This document shows, piece by piece, positions 29,217 through 39,604 of a stretch of 64,000 nucleotides of DNA; position 1 is the stretch's first letter; every line of letters starts with the position of its first letter. The stretch covers positions 1-64,000 of the forward strand of contig JAVJWO010000005.1 of assembly GCA_040222015.1 (NCBI GenBank), written 5' to 3'. The notes below the pieces were generated by a model. That model was not told where the DNA came from and ran no database searches. It saw nothing but the letters and a program-made list of their open reading frames with translations. The translations under genes were made by a program, and so were the position numbers. Source of the stretch: Coleofasciculus chthonoplastes F2-STO-03. GTDB taxonomy: Bacteria > Cyanobacteriota > Cyanobacteriia > Cyanobacteriales > Coleofasciculaceae.

Positions 29217-32213
29217 ATGCCCCAACCCGTTCAGCCGCCTGAAACTCCTGCCATTATTCAATCGTTAACGACTGAGGACGCTGTTGCTCCCCTTTCGTCC
29301 TCACCTCTGAGTTCAGTACCGACTCGCCTTCCCCAGCAAACGCCAAAGGGATTAGCGACACCAACCCCACCCGAAACGTTACCGCCGGAATTTTCTGATC
29401 AGATAACACCCTCACAGGCTGCCCAGTTGGGACTACCGATTTCTGCTCGTTATTCTGCCCGAGAGAACCAAGGAACCGAGGTGTCACAGAGCAGAGATGC
29501 CAGGACAAGTGTAGCGGATGAGGATTTACCGTTAAGTCACACTGGAGACTCCCGCGATCGCACGCCGCAATCCTTGATATCCAGTCCTGTGGAATCCTTA
29601 CCCTTGGGTGGAAACAATGCAGAGGCTCCCAGTCAGAGGCTTCAAGGAAATGAGGTAAAAGGACGTGAGGACTTTTTAGACGGACAGGATAAGATACCTG
29701 CTCACCGTTCAATAAATGCGGTTCATTCACCTCAGCAAAAGTTTGTAACCACCTGCGAACCATCAGGCGAGCAGAGGAGGAATGTAGAGACGTGCCATGG
29801 CGAGTCTGAGAGCAGGTTAGCAGAAGAGATGGGAACAGCTAAGGATTTGCTACCATGCTGCACGAGTCAAACGGCAAATGCCCAGTCTGACTCGATCTCA
29901 ACTACGCTAAATCCGTCATTGACTATAGGTCAACAACCAAGGACTAATGACCAAAGAAAAGCAGAAGAGAGTTATAAGCCAGAAGGCAGAAGGCAGAGGG
30001 AAGAAGGGATTGATTCCGATGCTTTCAGCACGAACTTAACCTCTGAGACAACGAATGCGAACCCGGTAGGTTTTTCCGGTGTAACCTTGGAACTCTCAAC
30101 TATCGAACGTATCATCACTCAAGAGCGGGGAGGAGAGATCAGAGAATTTGAATTTACAAGCCCATCATCCGATATTCCAGCGTTACCTGACCCAAAGATA
30201 GTGCCGGCGCCGGATCTTCATCAGCGACAGCCGCGATCGCAAACCTCCCAGCCAACCCCTGATGCTTCCGCCTCAGAAGATACTGAACCTGCGGCTCCCG
30301 GTCCGATCACAGGGGTGCTGGAAGTAACCGCCGATCAACAGGAATATGATCAACAACGACAGGTGATTACCGCCCAAGGGGATGTCCTGTTGCGGTTTCG
30401 CGGCGCTCTGCTGGAAGCGGATCGCGTCCAAGTTAACCTACCAAATCGGATTTTGGTGGCTGAGGATAATGTGGTGTTGACCCGAGGAAATCAGGTTTTA
30501 CGAGGTCAACGCTTTGAGTATTCCTTTGTCCAGGATAGCGGTGTGATTTTTGATGCCAGTGGAGAATTATATGTGCCGACATCAGGTACTGATTTAACCA
30601 TCTTGCCCTCTCCGGCTGATCCCAATGCGCCCCAAGAACAACGACCAATTAGCGATCGCGTTCTCAGCAATCAACCCCTTCAAGACATAACCAATCCCGG
30701 CTTTTACTCCTTCTTTATCGGCGGCAGCTTTGGCACCACAACAACCGGAAATTTCTCGAATGTCGTTTCCGGTGCGCCACAGGCGGCAGGAACAATCAAC
30801 CGATTCCGCTATGAAGCCGATCGCATTGACTTTGAAGGTTCAGAAGCGATCGCTCAAAATGTGCGGATCACCAATGACCCCTTTTCCCCACCTGAACTAG
30901 AATTGCGAGCTCAAACGGCTCGATTTCGCCGGATTTCGCCCTTAGTGGATGAAATCGTTGCCACTCGCCCACGACTGGTATTTGACCAAGGGTTATCAGT
31001 ACCCACATTTCGGAATCGGGTAGTGATTGATCGTCGGGAACGGGAACCCGGTTTAATTCAGTTTGGCTTCGATGATGATGATCGGGGTGGTTTATTTATC
31101 GAGCGATCGTTTAATATTGTCAATACTCCAGGGGTACTATTTAAACTCACCCCCCAATACTTTCTCCAGAGAGCCGTCCTTGGTGAAAGAAACCCCAATA
31201 CCCCAGACAAAGATGATGATGGTCTTTTAGACCCCTCCTCCTTTGGTCTCAAAGCCCAACTAGATGCCACCTTTACCCCCCGAACCACCCTACGGGCTTC
31301 AGCCACCTTCACCAGCCTTGATCCGGATGATTTTGAAGAAGAACTCAGAGCCAGTGTGCGACTCCAACAGGTTATCGGTACCGATTTACCGCATAACTTG
31401 AATCTGGAATATAGCTTTCGCGATCGCCTCTTTAACGGTTCCTTGGGTTTTCAAACCGTACAGCAGAGTCTGGGAGCGGTGATCACATCCCCAGTAATTC
31501 GCTTAGGGGACACGGGTATCAATCTCACCTATCAAGCAGGGATTCAGGCAATTAACGCTAGGACAGACCGACAAGACTTGCTACCCCCTCCTCCACGAGA
31601 TAATAATCGTATTGATCTAACGCGCTATCAAGCCAGTGCTACGTTAAGCCGAAGTTTCACACTCTGGCGAGGTGAGGCTTTGCCCTTAACCCCCACCGAA
31701 GGGTTACGATATACACCCAGACCTGTGGTTCCTTTTTTGGCAGTGCAGGGAGTAGTCACCGGGGTTGCTAGTGCCTATAGTAGTGGCGATACCCAGGAAT
31801 CCCTCAGTGGTACAGTTGGGCTTGTGGGTCAGCTTGGGCATTTTTCCCGACCCTATCTCGACTACACTCGATTTAATCTCAGCTACACTCAGGTTGCACG
31901 GGGTAACTTATCCCCATTGCGGTTTGACCGAGTGGCTGATCGAGTTGTGCTTTCTGCTGGCATTAGCCAACAAATCTACGGTCCGTTTCTGGCTGGTTTT
32001 CAGACCTCTTTCAATTTGGACACGGGTGAGGAAATCAGTACAGATTTATTCTTGGAGTACAGCCGTCGCACCTACAGCCTTCTCCTACGCTACAATCCAG
32101 TTCAGGAGTTAGGTTCGATTAGCTTACGAATTAATGATTTTAATTGGGCAGGGAATCCGGGACTGTTTGATGGTTCCGCCATTCGCCCCGTTGTGCAGGG
32201 AGTAACTCGCTAA
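29217..32213 (+). CDS. LptD/OstA-like outer-membrane protein (DUF3769-type C-terminus) with a long disordered N-terminus
   Basis: OstA-like segment EVTADQQEYD..LEADRVQVNL..RGNQVLRG; ITNDPFSPPELELRA; beta-rich C-terminus LLRYNPVQELGSISLRINDFNW. Located next to psbI. Confidence 0.8.
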   Translation: MPQPVQPPETPAIIQSLTTEDAVAPLSSSPLSSVPTRLPQQTPKGLATPTPPETLPPEFSDQITPSQAAQLGLPISARYSARENQGTEVSQSRDARTSVADEDLPLSHTGDSRDRTPQSLISSPVESLPLGGNNAEAPSQRLQGNEVKGREDFLDGQDKIPAHRSINAVHSPQQKFVTTCEPSGEQRRNVETCHGESESRLAEEMGTAKDLLPCCTSQTANAQSDSISTTLNPSLTIGQQPRTNDQRKAEESYKPEGRRQREEGIDSDAFSTNLTSETTNANPVGFSGVTLELSTIERIITQERGGEIREFEFTSPSSDIPALPDPKIVPAPDLHQRQPRSQTSQPTPDASASEDTEPAAPGPITGVLEVTADQQEYDQQRQVITAQGDVLLRFRGALLEADRVQVNLPNRILVAEDNVVLTRGNQVLRGQRFEYSFVQDSGVIFDASGELYVPTSGTDLTILPSPADPNAPQEQRPISDRVLSNQPLQDITNPGFYSFFIGGSFGTTTTGNFSNVVSGAPQAAGTINRFRYEADRIDFEGSEAIAQNVRITNDPFSPPELELRAQTARFRRISPLVDEIVATRPRLVFDQGLSVPTFRNRVVIDRREREPGLIQFGFDDDDRGGLFIERSFNIVNTPGVLFKLTPQYFLQRAVLGERNPNTPDKDDDGLLDPSSFGLKAQLDATFTPRTTLRASATFTSLDPDDFEEELRASVRLQQVIGTDLPHNLNLEYSFRDRLFNGSLGFQTVQQSLGAVITSPVIRLGDTGINLTYQAGIQAINARTDRQDLLPPPPRDNNRIDLTRYQASATLSRSFTLWRGEALPLTPTEGLRYTPRPVVPFLAVQGVVTGVASAYSSGDTQESLSGTVGLVGQLGHFSRPYLDYTRFNLSYTQVARGNLSPLRFDRVADRVVLSAGISQQIYGPFLAGFQTSFNLDTGEEISTDLFLEYSRRTYSLLLRYNPVQELGSISLRINDFNWAGNPGLFDGSAIRPVVQGVTR

Positions 32214-32758
32214 TTAAAAAGGCACGTCTGTAGGGGCGGGTTTAGGGACTTTCGTTTGGTTATTGATGATAACGTTTATTCAAAACCCGCCCTGACCAAT
32301 GTGTAGGGGCGGGTTTGACTATTCGCGTTACACCCGACACCCCACACCCCACACCCAGTAGTACCCTCCAGCTCACCATAGTGCCATGGCACGGAAAGGA
32401 ACATGGCTCCTCCTGAATCCCGGCTCTTGGACGAGAAAGTATAATCTGAGTGGAAGCCACATTGCCCCAAAAGAAGGTTAAGCTAGATGAAAAAAGGTAA
32501 TCTCTATAACCGACTGGGTGCATATCATCGGATCTTGATAAAATAAATGACTGATTAATTCCTCTAACCAAATCTATATGGTATGATAATAAATTTTACC
32601 AACGAAAATAAGTTTAGAAATTGGGGAATTGGCAATATACCGAGAGAAAAAAGGATAGCTGAAAACAATACTCAGCTAGCTTTGAGGTTAAAAGACGAAC
32701 AAAAATTAACCCCCTTAACTTATTGTTTCTAACTCAAGCAGAAACCGGAGTACACAGA

Positions 32759-34462
32759 ATGAGTCAGGCAGATAAACTCAAATTATTGATAGTGGACGAT
32801 GAGCCTGACAATTTAGATTTATTATATAGAACGTTCCGACGAGAGTTTCGGGTTTATAAAGCGGATGGGGCAATGAGCGCTCTGAGCATTTTGGATGAAC
32901 ACGGAGAAATGGCGATCATTATCTCTGATCAACGAATGCCCGTGATGAATGGTACAGAATTCCTGGGGAAAACCGTTGATCGCTTTCCAGATACGATTCG
33001 GATTCTGTTAACCGGGTATACAGACGTTGAAGATTTAGTAGAAGCCATTAACTCTGGCAAAGTCTTTAAATATATTACCAAACCCTGGAATCCGGAAAGT
33101 CTGAAAGTCATCGTTCAACAAGCAGCCGATACGTACCGAGTCCTCAAACAACGAACCAATGAACTGAGCCGCGCGTTACGCCGCGAAGAACTCTTTAATG
33201 TGGTGACAACAGCCATTCGCGAGTCACTAGACTATAGCAGTATGTTGCAAACCGTTGTCACCACGATTGGTCAAACCTTCGAGACGACGAGTTGTATCCT
33301 GCAACCTGTGGATGGTAATCACCTGATTTCAGACTCATTTTCTTACCAAGCTGAGTCAACAAAAGATTCTGAATCGTTACCTGATGTTGAACCGATTGTG
33401 CAAAATGTGCTGGAAAACTGGAAAACTCAGCTTATTCAACAGCTCAGTGATGGTAATCATTCGGTGCATCTGGTTGTTCCTCTGATTTGGCAACAACAGC
33501 TATTGGGAGTGTTATCGCTTTATAAGCAACAGTGTGATCAGCCTTGGATGTCAGAGGACATTAAACTCATTGAAGCTGTTGCTGAACAGGCAGCCTTAGC
33601 CATTTCTCAGGCAAAACTCTACCAACGCACTCAGTTACAAGCCGAACAGATGCGGGCTGAATTGGAGGTAGCTCGCCAGATTCAAAATAATTTGTTGCGC
33701 CAAAGTTTACCTGAGGTGGAAGGGGTCAGAGTTCAAGCTCACTGCTACCCCGCACGAGAAGTTGGCGGTGATTTTTTTGAAGTCTACGTGCATCCTCAAG
33801 GCGATGTTTGGCTAGCCGTTGGTGATGTGTCGGGAAAGGGAGTGCCTGCGGCTTTATTTATGGCAAGTGCGATTTCTATCTTGCGCCGAGAATTGGCTCA
33901 AGAAATCTCTCCCGAACCGGAGGTAGTGATGCGAAACCTGAACAGTATTATGTCAGATGATCTGTTCAGTACCAATTGTTTTATCACGATGGTATTAGCG
34001 CGATATACACCAACCTCGCGACAGCTTGTCTATGCAAATGCGGGTCACATTTATCCGTTGGTTTGGGCGCATCGTTTAGTTGCCCAACAGCAATCTGCAC
34101 CGGAATCCTCTGTCACCGTCAAACCGGATTACCTGAAAACTCGGGGAATTCCCCTGGGTATTCTTCCGAAGTGGCAGGCGGACGCTGGAACGTTGACGTT
34201 ACATTCAGGAGATGTTGTGCTGCTGATCAGTGATGGGATTACAGAAGCAACGGTTAAGGATTTAAAAGACTACACCCATTCTCAAAACTCTAAAAATGGT
34301 AAATCCTTGACTAATTCAATGCTGGGGACATCGGGTCTTTGGCAACTTCTACTTCAGGAGCCAGCTCCCTTTAATTTACCCCATTTATTAGTTCGCATCC
34401 GCGAGGAGACTAACAATGTTCAGGAAGATGACCAAACAATTCTCTCTATGGAGGTTTTATAG
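32759..34462 (+). CDS. Receiver-GAF-SpoIIE (PP2C) phosphatase, RsbU-like
   Basis: REC domain (IVDDEPDN, ISDQRMP), a GAF domain, and PP2C motifs EVGGDFF, GDVSGKGVPAA, SDGITEA and EDDQT. Start is ATG 32759. Confidence 0.92.
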   Translation: MSQADKLKLLIVDDEPDNLDLLYRTFRREFRVYKADGAMSALSILDEHGEMAIIISDQRMPVMNGTEFLGKTVDRFPDTIRILLTGYTDVEDLVEAINSGKVFKYITKPWNPESLKVIVQQAADTYRVLKQRTNELSRALRREELFNVVTTAIRESLDYSSMLQTVVTTIGQTFETTSCILQPVDGNHLISDSFSYQAESTKDSESLPDVEPIVQNVLENWKTQLIQQLSDGNHSVHLVVPLIWQQQLLGVLSLYKQQCDQPWMSEDIKLIEAVAEQAALAISQAKLYQRTQLQAEQMRAELEVARQIQNNLLRQSLPEVEGVRVQAHCYPAREVGGDFFEVYVHPQGDVWLAVGDVSGKGVPAALFMASAISILRRELAQEISPEPEVVMRNLNSIMSDDLFSTNCFITMVLARYTPTSRQLVYANAGHIYPLVWAHRLVAQQQSAPESSVTVKPDYLKTRGIPLGILPKWQADAGTLTLHSGDVVLLISDGITEATVKDLKDYTHSQNSKNGKSLTNSMLGTSGLWQLLLQEPAPFNLPHLLVRIREETNNVQEDDQTILSMEVL

Positions 34463-34465
34463 TTG

Positions 34466-34891
34466 ATGAAAACGGAGCTGCATGTACCAAGTGACTTGAA
34501 GTTTTTGACAATTGTCGAAAGCTGGTTACTGGGAAGTTTGGAAGTAGCGTTAGAAGATTCAGTGGATTGGCAACGTCAATCGAGTCGGTTAAGACTGGCG
34601 TTAGTTGAAGCCTATTCCAATGTGGTGCGTCATGCTCATCGAGATCAACCCAATTTACCGATTTTGATTCGCTTGGAACTCAAAGAGCGAGACATTGCTT
34701 TGGAAATTTGGGATCACGGCAAAGGGTATGACATCACCAACTATAATCAACCTTCTCCAGAGGCGAAACAGGAAAGCGGATATGGTTGGCTGATTATGCA
34801 AAAGCTGATGGATCGAGTTGAGTATCGCTTGCAGATCAATGGTCGTAATTGTCTGAAGATGGAGACGAGCTTACCTAAGGCTGACGAATGA
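34466..34891 (+). CDS. Anti-sigma factor / RsbW-like Ser kinase (HATPase_c_2)
   Basis: LALVEAYSNVVRHA, WDHGKG and ESGYGWLIM motifs. Coupled to the upstream phosphatase gene. Confidence 0.9.
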   Translation: MKTELHVPSDLKFLTIVESWLLGSLEVALEDSVDWQRQSSRLRLALVEAYSNVVRHAHRDQPNLPILIRLELKERDIALEIWDHGKGYDITNYNQPSPEAKQESGYGWLIMQKLMDRVEYRLQINGRNCLKMETSLPKADE

Positions 34892-35163
34892 TTGATAATT
34901 TTACCCCATTTACTGAAAGCTTGTGGTATAATGCCTGCGAGGACAGCAATTGTTACAATAAATTACAAAAATACCGCTATTCCTAATTAAATCTATAAGC
35001 TTTGTTAAATTTGCTTGATATAGATGTCTGAATCTATAGGATTTTAAATAAGTCAAGCCTAAAGATCGACTTGACCTTATTTTAAGGATACCCTTGTTTC
35101 GAGGACTGGTGAGCCTCTGAAACCAAGAGTTAGCTGTTAAGTTTAGTGCAACCCATCATTCCT

Positions 35164-35400
35164 GTCAGGAACCCCATAGAAGACAGCTAGGGGCTTGATT
35201 CAAGCCCAAACCTGACCAGCCTAAGACCTACGCGGTCTACGTTATGCCTAAGCGTTAAAGCTCCTACCTTGGGGTGCGTGCCAGCCCCAAGCTCTAGAAC
35301 TCCAGCATTAAACAAGCTTACAGGGTTAAACCAGTGTGTTGGAGATAGTACCGAGGCATAACTTATGCGAGGCAAACTTCACCCTGGAAACAGGAGATAA
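35164..35400 (+). ncRNA. IscB omegaRNA (HEARO-like RNA)
   Basis: HEARO-like strings GACCAGCCTAAG, CTACGTTA, GGGTGCGTGCCAGCCCCAAGCTCT, TTAAACA..CAGTGT and CATAAC..GCGAGGCAAAC..CACCC, directly upstream of an RRXRR-type ORF. Confidence 0.8.
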
Positions 35401-35407
35401 CCAACTC

Positions 35408-35620
35408 ATGTTTGTATTCGTTGTAGACAAAAACAGAAATGCTCTTAATCCATGTCATCCTGCACGGGCTAGGAAGTTTCTCAAGTCTGGGAGGGCAGTT
35501 GTGCTGGTGCGAACTACAGGTAGTTTCAATATCTTGACAGCCAATGGTTTAGTCCAAGGTATTAACTACAAATATTGCAGTCACGTACACGGGAAAGATG
35601 GATACCAATATAGCTTCTAA
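35408..35620 (+). pseudogene. iscB: Mini-IscB: in-frame fusion of the N-terminal PLMP region and the extreme C-terminus (70 aa)
   Basis: MFVFVVDKNRNALNPCHPARARKFLKSGRAVV joined to LVRTTGSFNI..VQGINYKYC..DGYQYSF. RuvC and HNH domains are absent. Confidence 0.85.
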
Positions 35621-35720
35621 AGAAGTCCTGTCGGACTGCTATTTATGTAAGGGGACGAATTCCTCCCCATACATAAATGACAGAGGTTTCCATTCGTCCC
35701 CTTACCAACCCTAATTTTCG

Positions 35721-36152
35721 ATGAAACAGCCGTTTATCTTGTCTCCCCGCTACCGATTGGATGACGATTCTCCATGGTTGGAAGGAATTGATCCATCACG
35801 CCACTATTGGATTACCGTCAATGGTGATCCGGATATCCAGGTCGCAATTCCAGGATTAACGGTGTCATCACTCAAGGAATGGAAGCAAATATTATGGCGG
35901 TTCCGAAGTCTTCAAGGGGGCGATCGCATGGAACTGCGGCGAATTGCCAACACCTCAACCATTCAGTGTATCAGCGCCAACTGCTACGCGATCGCAGCCA
36001 AGATTGACGGCGCGGCTGTCTGGCATTTGTTTGATCAAGAAGCATTAGAGAGTTTGTTAATGACAGCTCATCCCGATTGGCTTTGTGCGCCCAGAGATAT
36101 TGAGTTGGGGCGTCAGTTGCTCGCTCGTTCCTGGCAGCAAGTGGCAGCTTAG
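35721..36152 (+). CDS. Cyanobacterial hypothetical protein
   Basis: 143 aa with LSPRYRLDD..WLEGIDP and WHLFDQEALESLLMTAHPDW motifs. Confidence 0.75.
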   Translation: MKQPFILSPRYRLDDDSPWLEGIDPSRHYWITVNGDPDIQVAIPGLTVSSLKEWKQILWRFRSLQGGDRMELRRIANTSTIQCISANCYAIAAKIDGAAVWHLFDQEALESLLMTAHPDWLCAPRDIELGRQLLARSWQQVAA

Positions 36153-36298
36153 TTGTCATTCGTCATTCGTCATTTGTCATTCGTCATTTGTCATTCGTCA
36201 TCGTCTTAAGCTGAGGAGTTCTTAATTCTGACGAAACTAATCCTTTGTTCGGGATTGAGAAGAAATATCCAACCTACATTGACACTAAATAAGGACCA

Positions 36299-37231
36299 AT
36301 GACCAATGACAAAAGCAATCAAATTAAACAAAAAGCGCGATCGCTAGGATTTCATCACTGTGGTATTGCAGGGGTAGAAGGGAATGCTGACGAGGAAGCC
36401 ACTCAACATCTGAAAACTTGGTTGGCTCAAGGCTATCATGCTGACATGGACTGGATGCAGAATCCGCGTCGCTTAGATATCCATACCTGTATGCCAGGGG
36501 TTAAATCCGTTATTTCCGTTGCCCTTAACTATTACACCCCTCACCAACGTCCTCAAGGAAACGAGTACGCGAAGATATCCCGTTATGCTTGGGGACGAGA
36601 TTATCATAAGGTGATGCACAAAAAACTCAAAGCCTTGACCCACTGGCTACAAGCCCAAGGGGAAGGAATCCAAGCTCGTTACTATGTAGACACCGGTCCA
36701 GTGCAGGATAAAGTGTGGGCAGAACGTGCTGGAATTGGTTGGATCGCAAAAAATGGTAATCTAATTACGCGAGAGTATGGCAGTTGGGTATTTTTAGGGG
36801 AAATTTTAACTAACTTATCTCTGACACCAGATACTCCCCATACCCAGCATTGCGGAACCTGTACCCGTTGCCTGGAGGCTTGTCCGACCGGAGCAATTGT
36901 TAAACCCTTTGTCGTAGATGCCAATCGTTGTATTGCTTATCATACAATTGAAAACCGAGCAGAGGAACTTCCCTCATCCATCACCCCCCATTTAGAGGGT
37001 TGGGTGGCGGGATGTGATATCTGCCAGGATGTTTGTCCTTGGAACCAACGCTTTGCTCAACCAACAGATGTAGCCGACTTTGAACCCTATCCTGGGAATG
37101 TGGCTCCCACGTTAGCGGAACTGGCGACACTTTCAGATCACCAATGGCATCAACGATTTCCGGCATCCGCGTTGCGACGCATCAAACCTCAGATGTGGCG
37201 ACGCAACGCCAAAGCCAATCAACAGAAGTAG
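36299..37231 (+). CDS. queG: tRNA epoxyqueuosine(34) reductase
   Basis: [30 protein letters not shown] and [12 protein letters not shown]e-S motifs. Confidence 0.95.
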   Translation: MTNDKSNQIKQKARSLGFHHCGIAGVEGNADEEATQHLKTWLAQGYHADMDWMQNPRRLDIHTCMPGVKSVISVALNYYTPHQRPQGNEYAKISRYAWGRDYHKVMHKKLKALTHWLQAQGEGIQARYYVDTGPVQDKVWAERAGIGWIAKNGNLITREYGSWVFLGEILTNLSLTPDTPHTQHCGTCTRCLEACPTGAIVKPFVVDANRCIAYHTIENRAEELPSSITPHLEGWVAGCDICQDVCPWNQRFAQPTDVADFEPYPGNVAPTLAELATLSDHQWHQRFPASALRRIKPQMWRRNAKANQQK

Positions 37232-37389
37232 ACGCACAATATCGCCATTGGACTTAAACTTGTACAGAATTTTGATAAAAAGATGAGAATTTTTTCTCAG
37301 ATCGGTAATTTGATTGCTAATCTAAGCGATAGGAAATGCTTTAGAGCATCTTAATATAGAGAATTCTATAGCCATAAGAGCGAGCCATT

Positions 37390-38499
37390 ATGTCTCAGGA
37401 TATCAATACTCACGACAACGCAAACAAGCCATCAACCACCTCCACTGCTATCCAGTCTTGGTCAGCCGAAGCCGATGCGGATAAGTTAATGGATGATTTA
37501 TTTGCAGATCTTGACCGCATCTTGGAAGGGAGTAGCAAATTACCGACGGAACCGACTAAGCCAGACTATGTATCTTTAAAGTCGATTGTGATTCCCCCCA
37601 TCACCGCGCCACCTGCTGTGATACCGACTCAAGACTTGGTGGAACAGCCATCTGGAGAGAAAAAGGAAACGCCAAAAACCCAGGTTTCAGAGACAAAGGG
37701 AACAAAGAGTAGTGGTTCCAAGAGCCAAGGCTCAGCTTGGTCTGTGGATAAATTATTATGGGTAATGGCTCTGATTTCAGTGGCTCTAACCGCACTGTTG
37801 CTACTGATTACTCAAAAACAACGGTTTGCACCCTGGTTGCCCAACTTTATCGCCTCACCGTCTGCTGACACCCAACTCCCCTCAGAAGCAGATTACGAGT
37901 TTGGAGAGTATGCTTTGGAGGCGCTAGAAGAGATTGACAGTAAAGCGAAAGAAAGACAACAAGCCGCGATCGCAGGTGGTGGAAATCCTCCAGTTTCGAC
38001 CAACTTAGGTGCGAATCCACCGGGTACAATTTTGGAAAGAATCTACTATCCGGTTTATCCACCCCAAAATTCCTGGATACCGCCTGTACCCCCCGCCAAC
38101 TCCTCGGTAGCCTCTCCGCCAGCCCCAACCCCTTCACCTCCTGCCAATCCGCCATCACCCACCCCACCACCACCTCAAGTCACGATCCAAACACCGCCAC
38201 TACCGCCTCCAACGGTTGCTCCAACCTCACCTACAGCACCAGCACCGCCAACAGCATCAGCACCGCCAACGCCACCAGCACCACCACCCCCACCTCCTGT
38301 AAACCATACTCTGGTGGGTGTGCTAGAGTCAGACCAACTTTCTGCTGCCTTATTTGAAATTGATGGGATCACTCAGCGGATTAACATTGGTGAAGCCATT
38401 GGCACAAGTGGCTGGATGTTAGTTGATGTGAACAACGGAGAAGCGATTATTCGACGGAATGGAGAAGTTCGCTCGGTTTACACAGGGCAGACATTCTAA
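37390..38499 (+). CDS. Membrane-anchored Pro-rich protein with a C-terminal PilP/GspC-like small beta domain
   Basis: Single TM segment, poly-Pro linker, and C-terminal TLVGVLE..AALFEIDG..GEAIG..GW..RRNGEVRS. Confidence 0.7.
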   Translation: MSQDINTHDNANKPSTTSTAIQSWSAEADADKLMDDLFADLDRILEGSSKLPTEPTKPDYVSLKSIVIPPITAPPAVIPTQDLVEQPSGEKKETPKTQVSETKGTKSSGSKSQGSAWSVDKLLWVMALISVALTALLLLITQKQRFAPWLPNFIASPSADTQLPSEADYEFGEYALEALEEIDSKAKERQQAAIAGGGNPPVSTNLGANPPGTILERIYYPVYPPQNSWIPPVPPANSSVASPPAPTPSPPANPPSPTPPPPQVTIQTPPLPPPTVAPTSPTAPAPPTASAPPTPPAPPPPPPVNHTLVGVLESDQLSAALFEIDGITQRINIGEAIGTSGWMLVDVNNGEAIIRRNGEVRSVYTGQTF

Positions 38500-38529
38500 A
38501 TTAGACACTCGGCAAAAAAGTGCCAACGT

Positions 38530-39366
38530 TCAAGTGCCAAACCCTAAGCGAGTACCCACATGGCAGCTTATACAGTTGCCTAGAAAATGATGCCACAAAA
38601 ACGCGATCGCGGCGGTTCCGGTACAGTGATTCGCCCCTAATACCTGAACCTCATAGTTCGCCAAGGTTTCCACCGTTGCTTGCCAGCGATCGCGACTCGC
38701 CCTTAATAGGTGCATTCCCCCAATTACGGCGTAAAACTTATCGGTTCCGGTGATTTGGGCAATATAATTGAGGGTATTAATTACACCTGAATGAGCGCAG
38801 CCTAAAATCACCACCATTCCTGCGGGTGTATCCAGAAACAAGGCTTGATCATCCACAATCAAATCCACTTGATTTTGCTGGGAATCGTGCCAAAAATCAC
38901 CCCCTGTATCTTCTAGGGGATGACACCGGGGAATTGAACCCGTCAAGTAAATACCAGGGATAACTTCTGTCGGTTTATCTGTCCAAACTAACTGATCAAT
39001 CGTCTGTTTGAGCCTATCTGCATCTTGAATCGGAGAGCCAATATTCCCTCTGGGACTAAACTTGGGTTGTAGCGCCGCCGGATGCAGAAAGAGTTTAGCA
39101 ATATTACAGTCTTCTAAGAGAGTCATTAAACCACCTGTATGATCATAATGACCATGACTCAGCGCCACCGCATCTAAATGTTGTAGTGAAATTCCCAACT
39201 GTTGAGCATTGTGGCGCAATGTTAACCCCTGCCCTGTATCAAATAAAATGCGCTGGGAGTCGGTTTCAATCAGATAAGACAACCCATGTTCTCCTAACAA
39301 TCCCCGCCCATAAGCTGTATTCTCAACTAAAACGGTAAGCTGAAAAGTATTTTGATTAGTTTGCAT
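38530..39366 (-). CDS. MBL-fold metallo-hydrolase
   Basis: GEHGLS, LFDTGQ, SHGHYDHTGG, GCAHSG, GGMHL and HCTG motifs. Start probably ATG 39366. Confidence 0.9.
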   Translation of the reverse strand: MQTNQNTFQLTVLVENTAYGRGLLGEHGLSYLIETDSQRILFDTGQGLTLRHNAQQLGISLQHLDAVALSHGHYDHTGGLMTLLEDCNIAKLFLHPAALQPKFSPRGNIGSPIQDADRLKQTIDQLVWTDKPTEVIPGIYLTGSIPRCHPLEDTGGDFWHDSQQNQVDLIVDDQALFLDTPAGMVVILGCAHSGVINTLNYIAQITGTDKFYAVIGGMHLLRASRDRWQATVETLANYEVQVLGANHCTGTAAIAFLWHHFLGNCISCHVGTRLGFGT

Positions 39367-39604
39367 AGGTTGTACCAAATCCGGGTTAGCCATCCCCGTT
39401 ATACCAAATCCGGGTTAACTACCCCCTTTATGGGTGGGGAATGGGGTGTGGGGTGTGGGGTGTCGGGTGTGGGGAATAGCAGCCAAGGGATAAAGGGGGT
39501 GACAACGGCAAATTTTGTATTATAACCTAGTCCTTGTCAAGCAGACTTTGGCAAGTGTAGCAGCGATTTTAATCGCCTCCGTCAAAAGGGGGTTACTCTC
39601 TACG

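Larger units (their letters stand above)
35164..35720 (+). mobile_element. IS200/IS605-family iscB element, internally deleted
   Basis: Starts GTCAGGAACCCC..GGGGCTTG, then an omegaRNA and a mini-iscB, then a subterminal hairpin AATTCCTCCCC..GAGGTTTCC. Ends just before ATGAA at 35721. The 3' boundary is inferred. Confidence 0.75.

Noticed and set aside
28708..29268. ORFs 28708..28986, 28752..28946, 28996..29268 and 29052..29261
   Set aside because: They overlap the direct repeat or the real psbI gene (28980-29096) and have no recognisable motifs.
35187..35407. ORF 35187..35375 and the 5' extension of ORF 35336..35620
   Set aside because: They lie within the omegaRNA; the real iscB start is ATG 35408.
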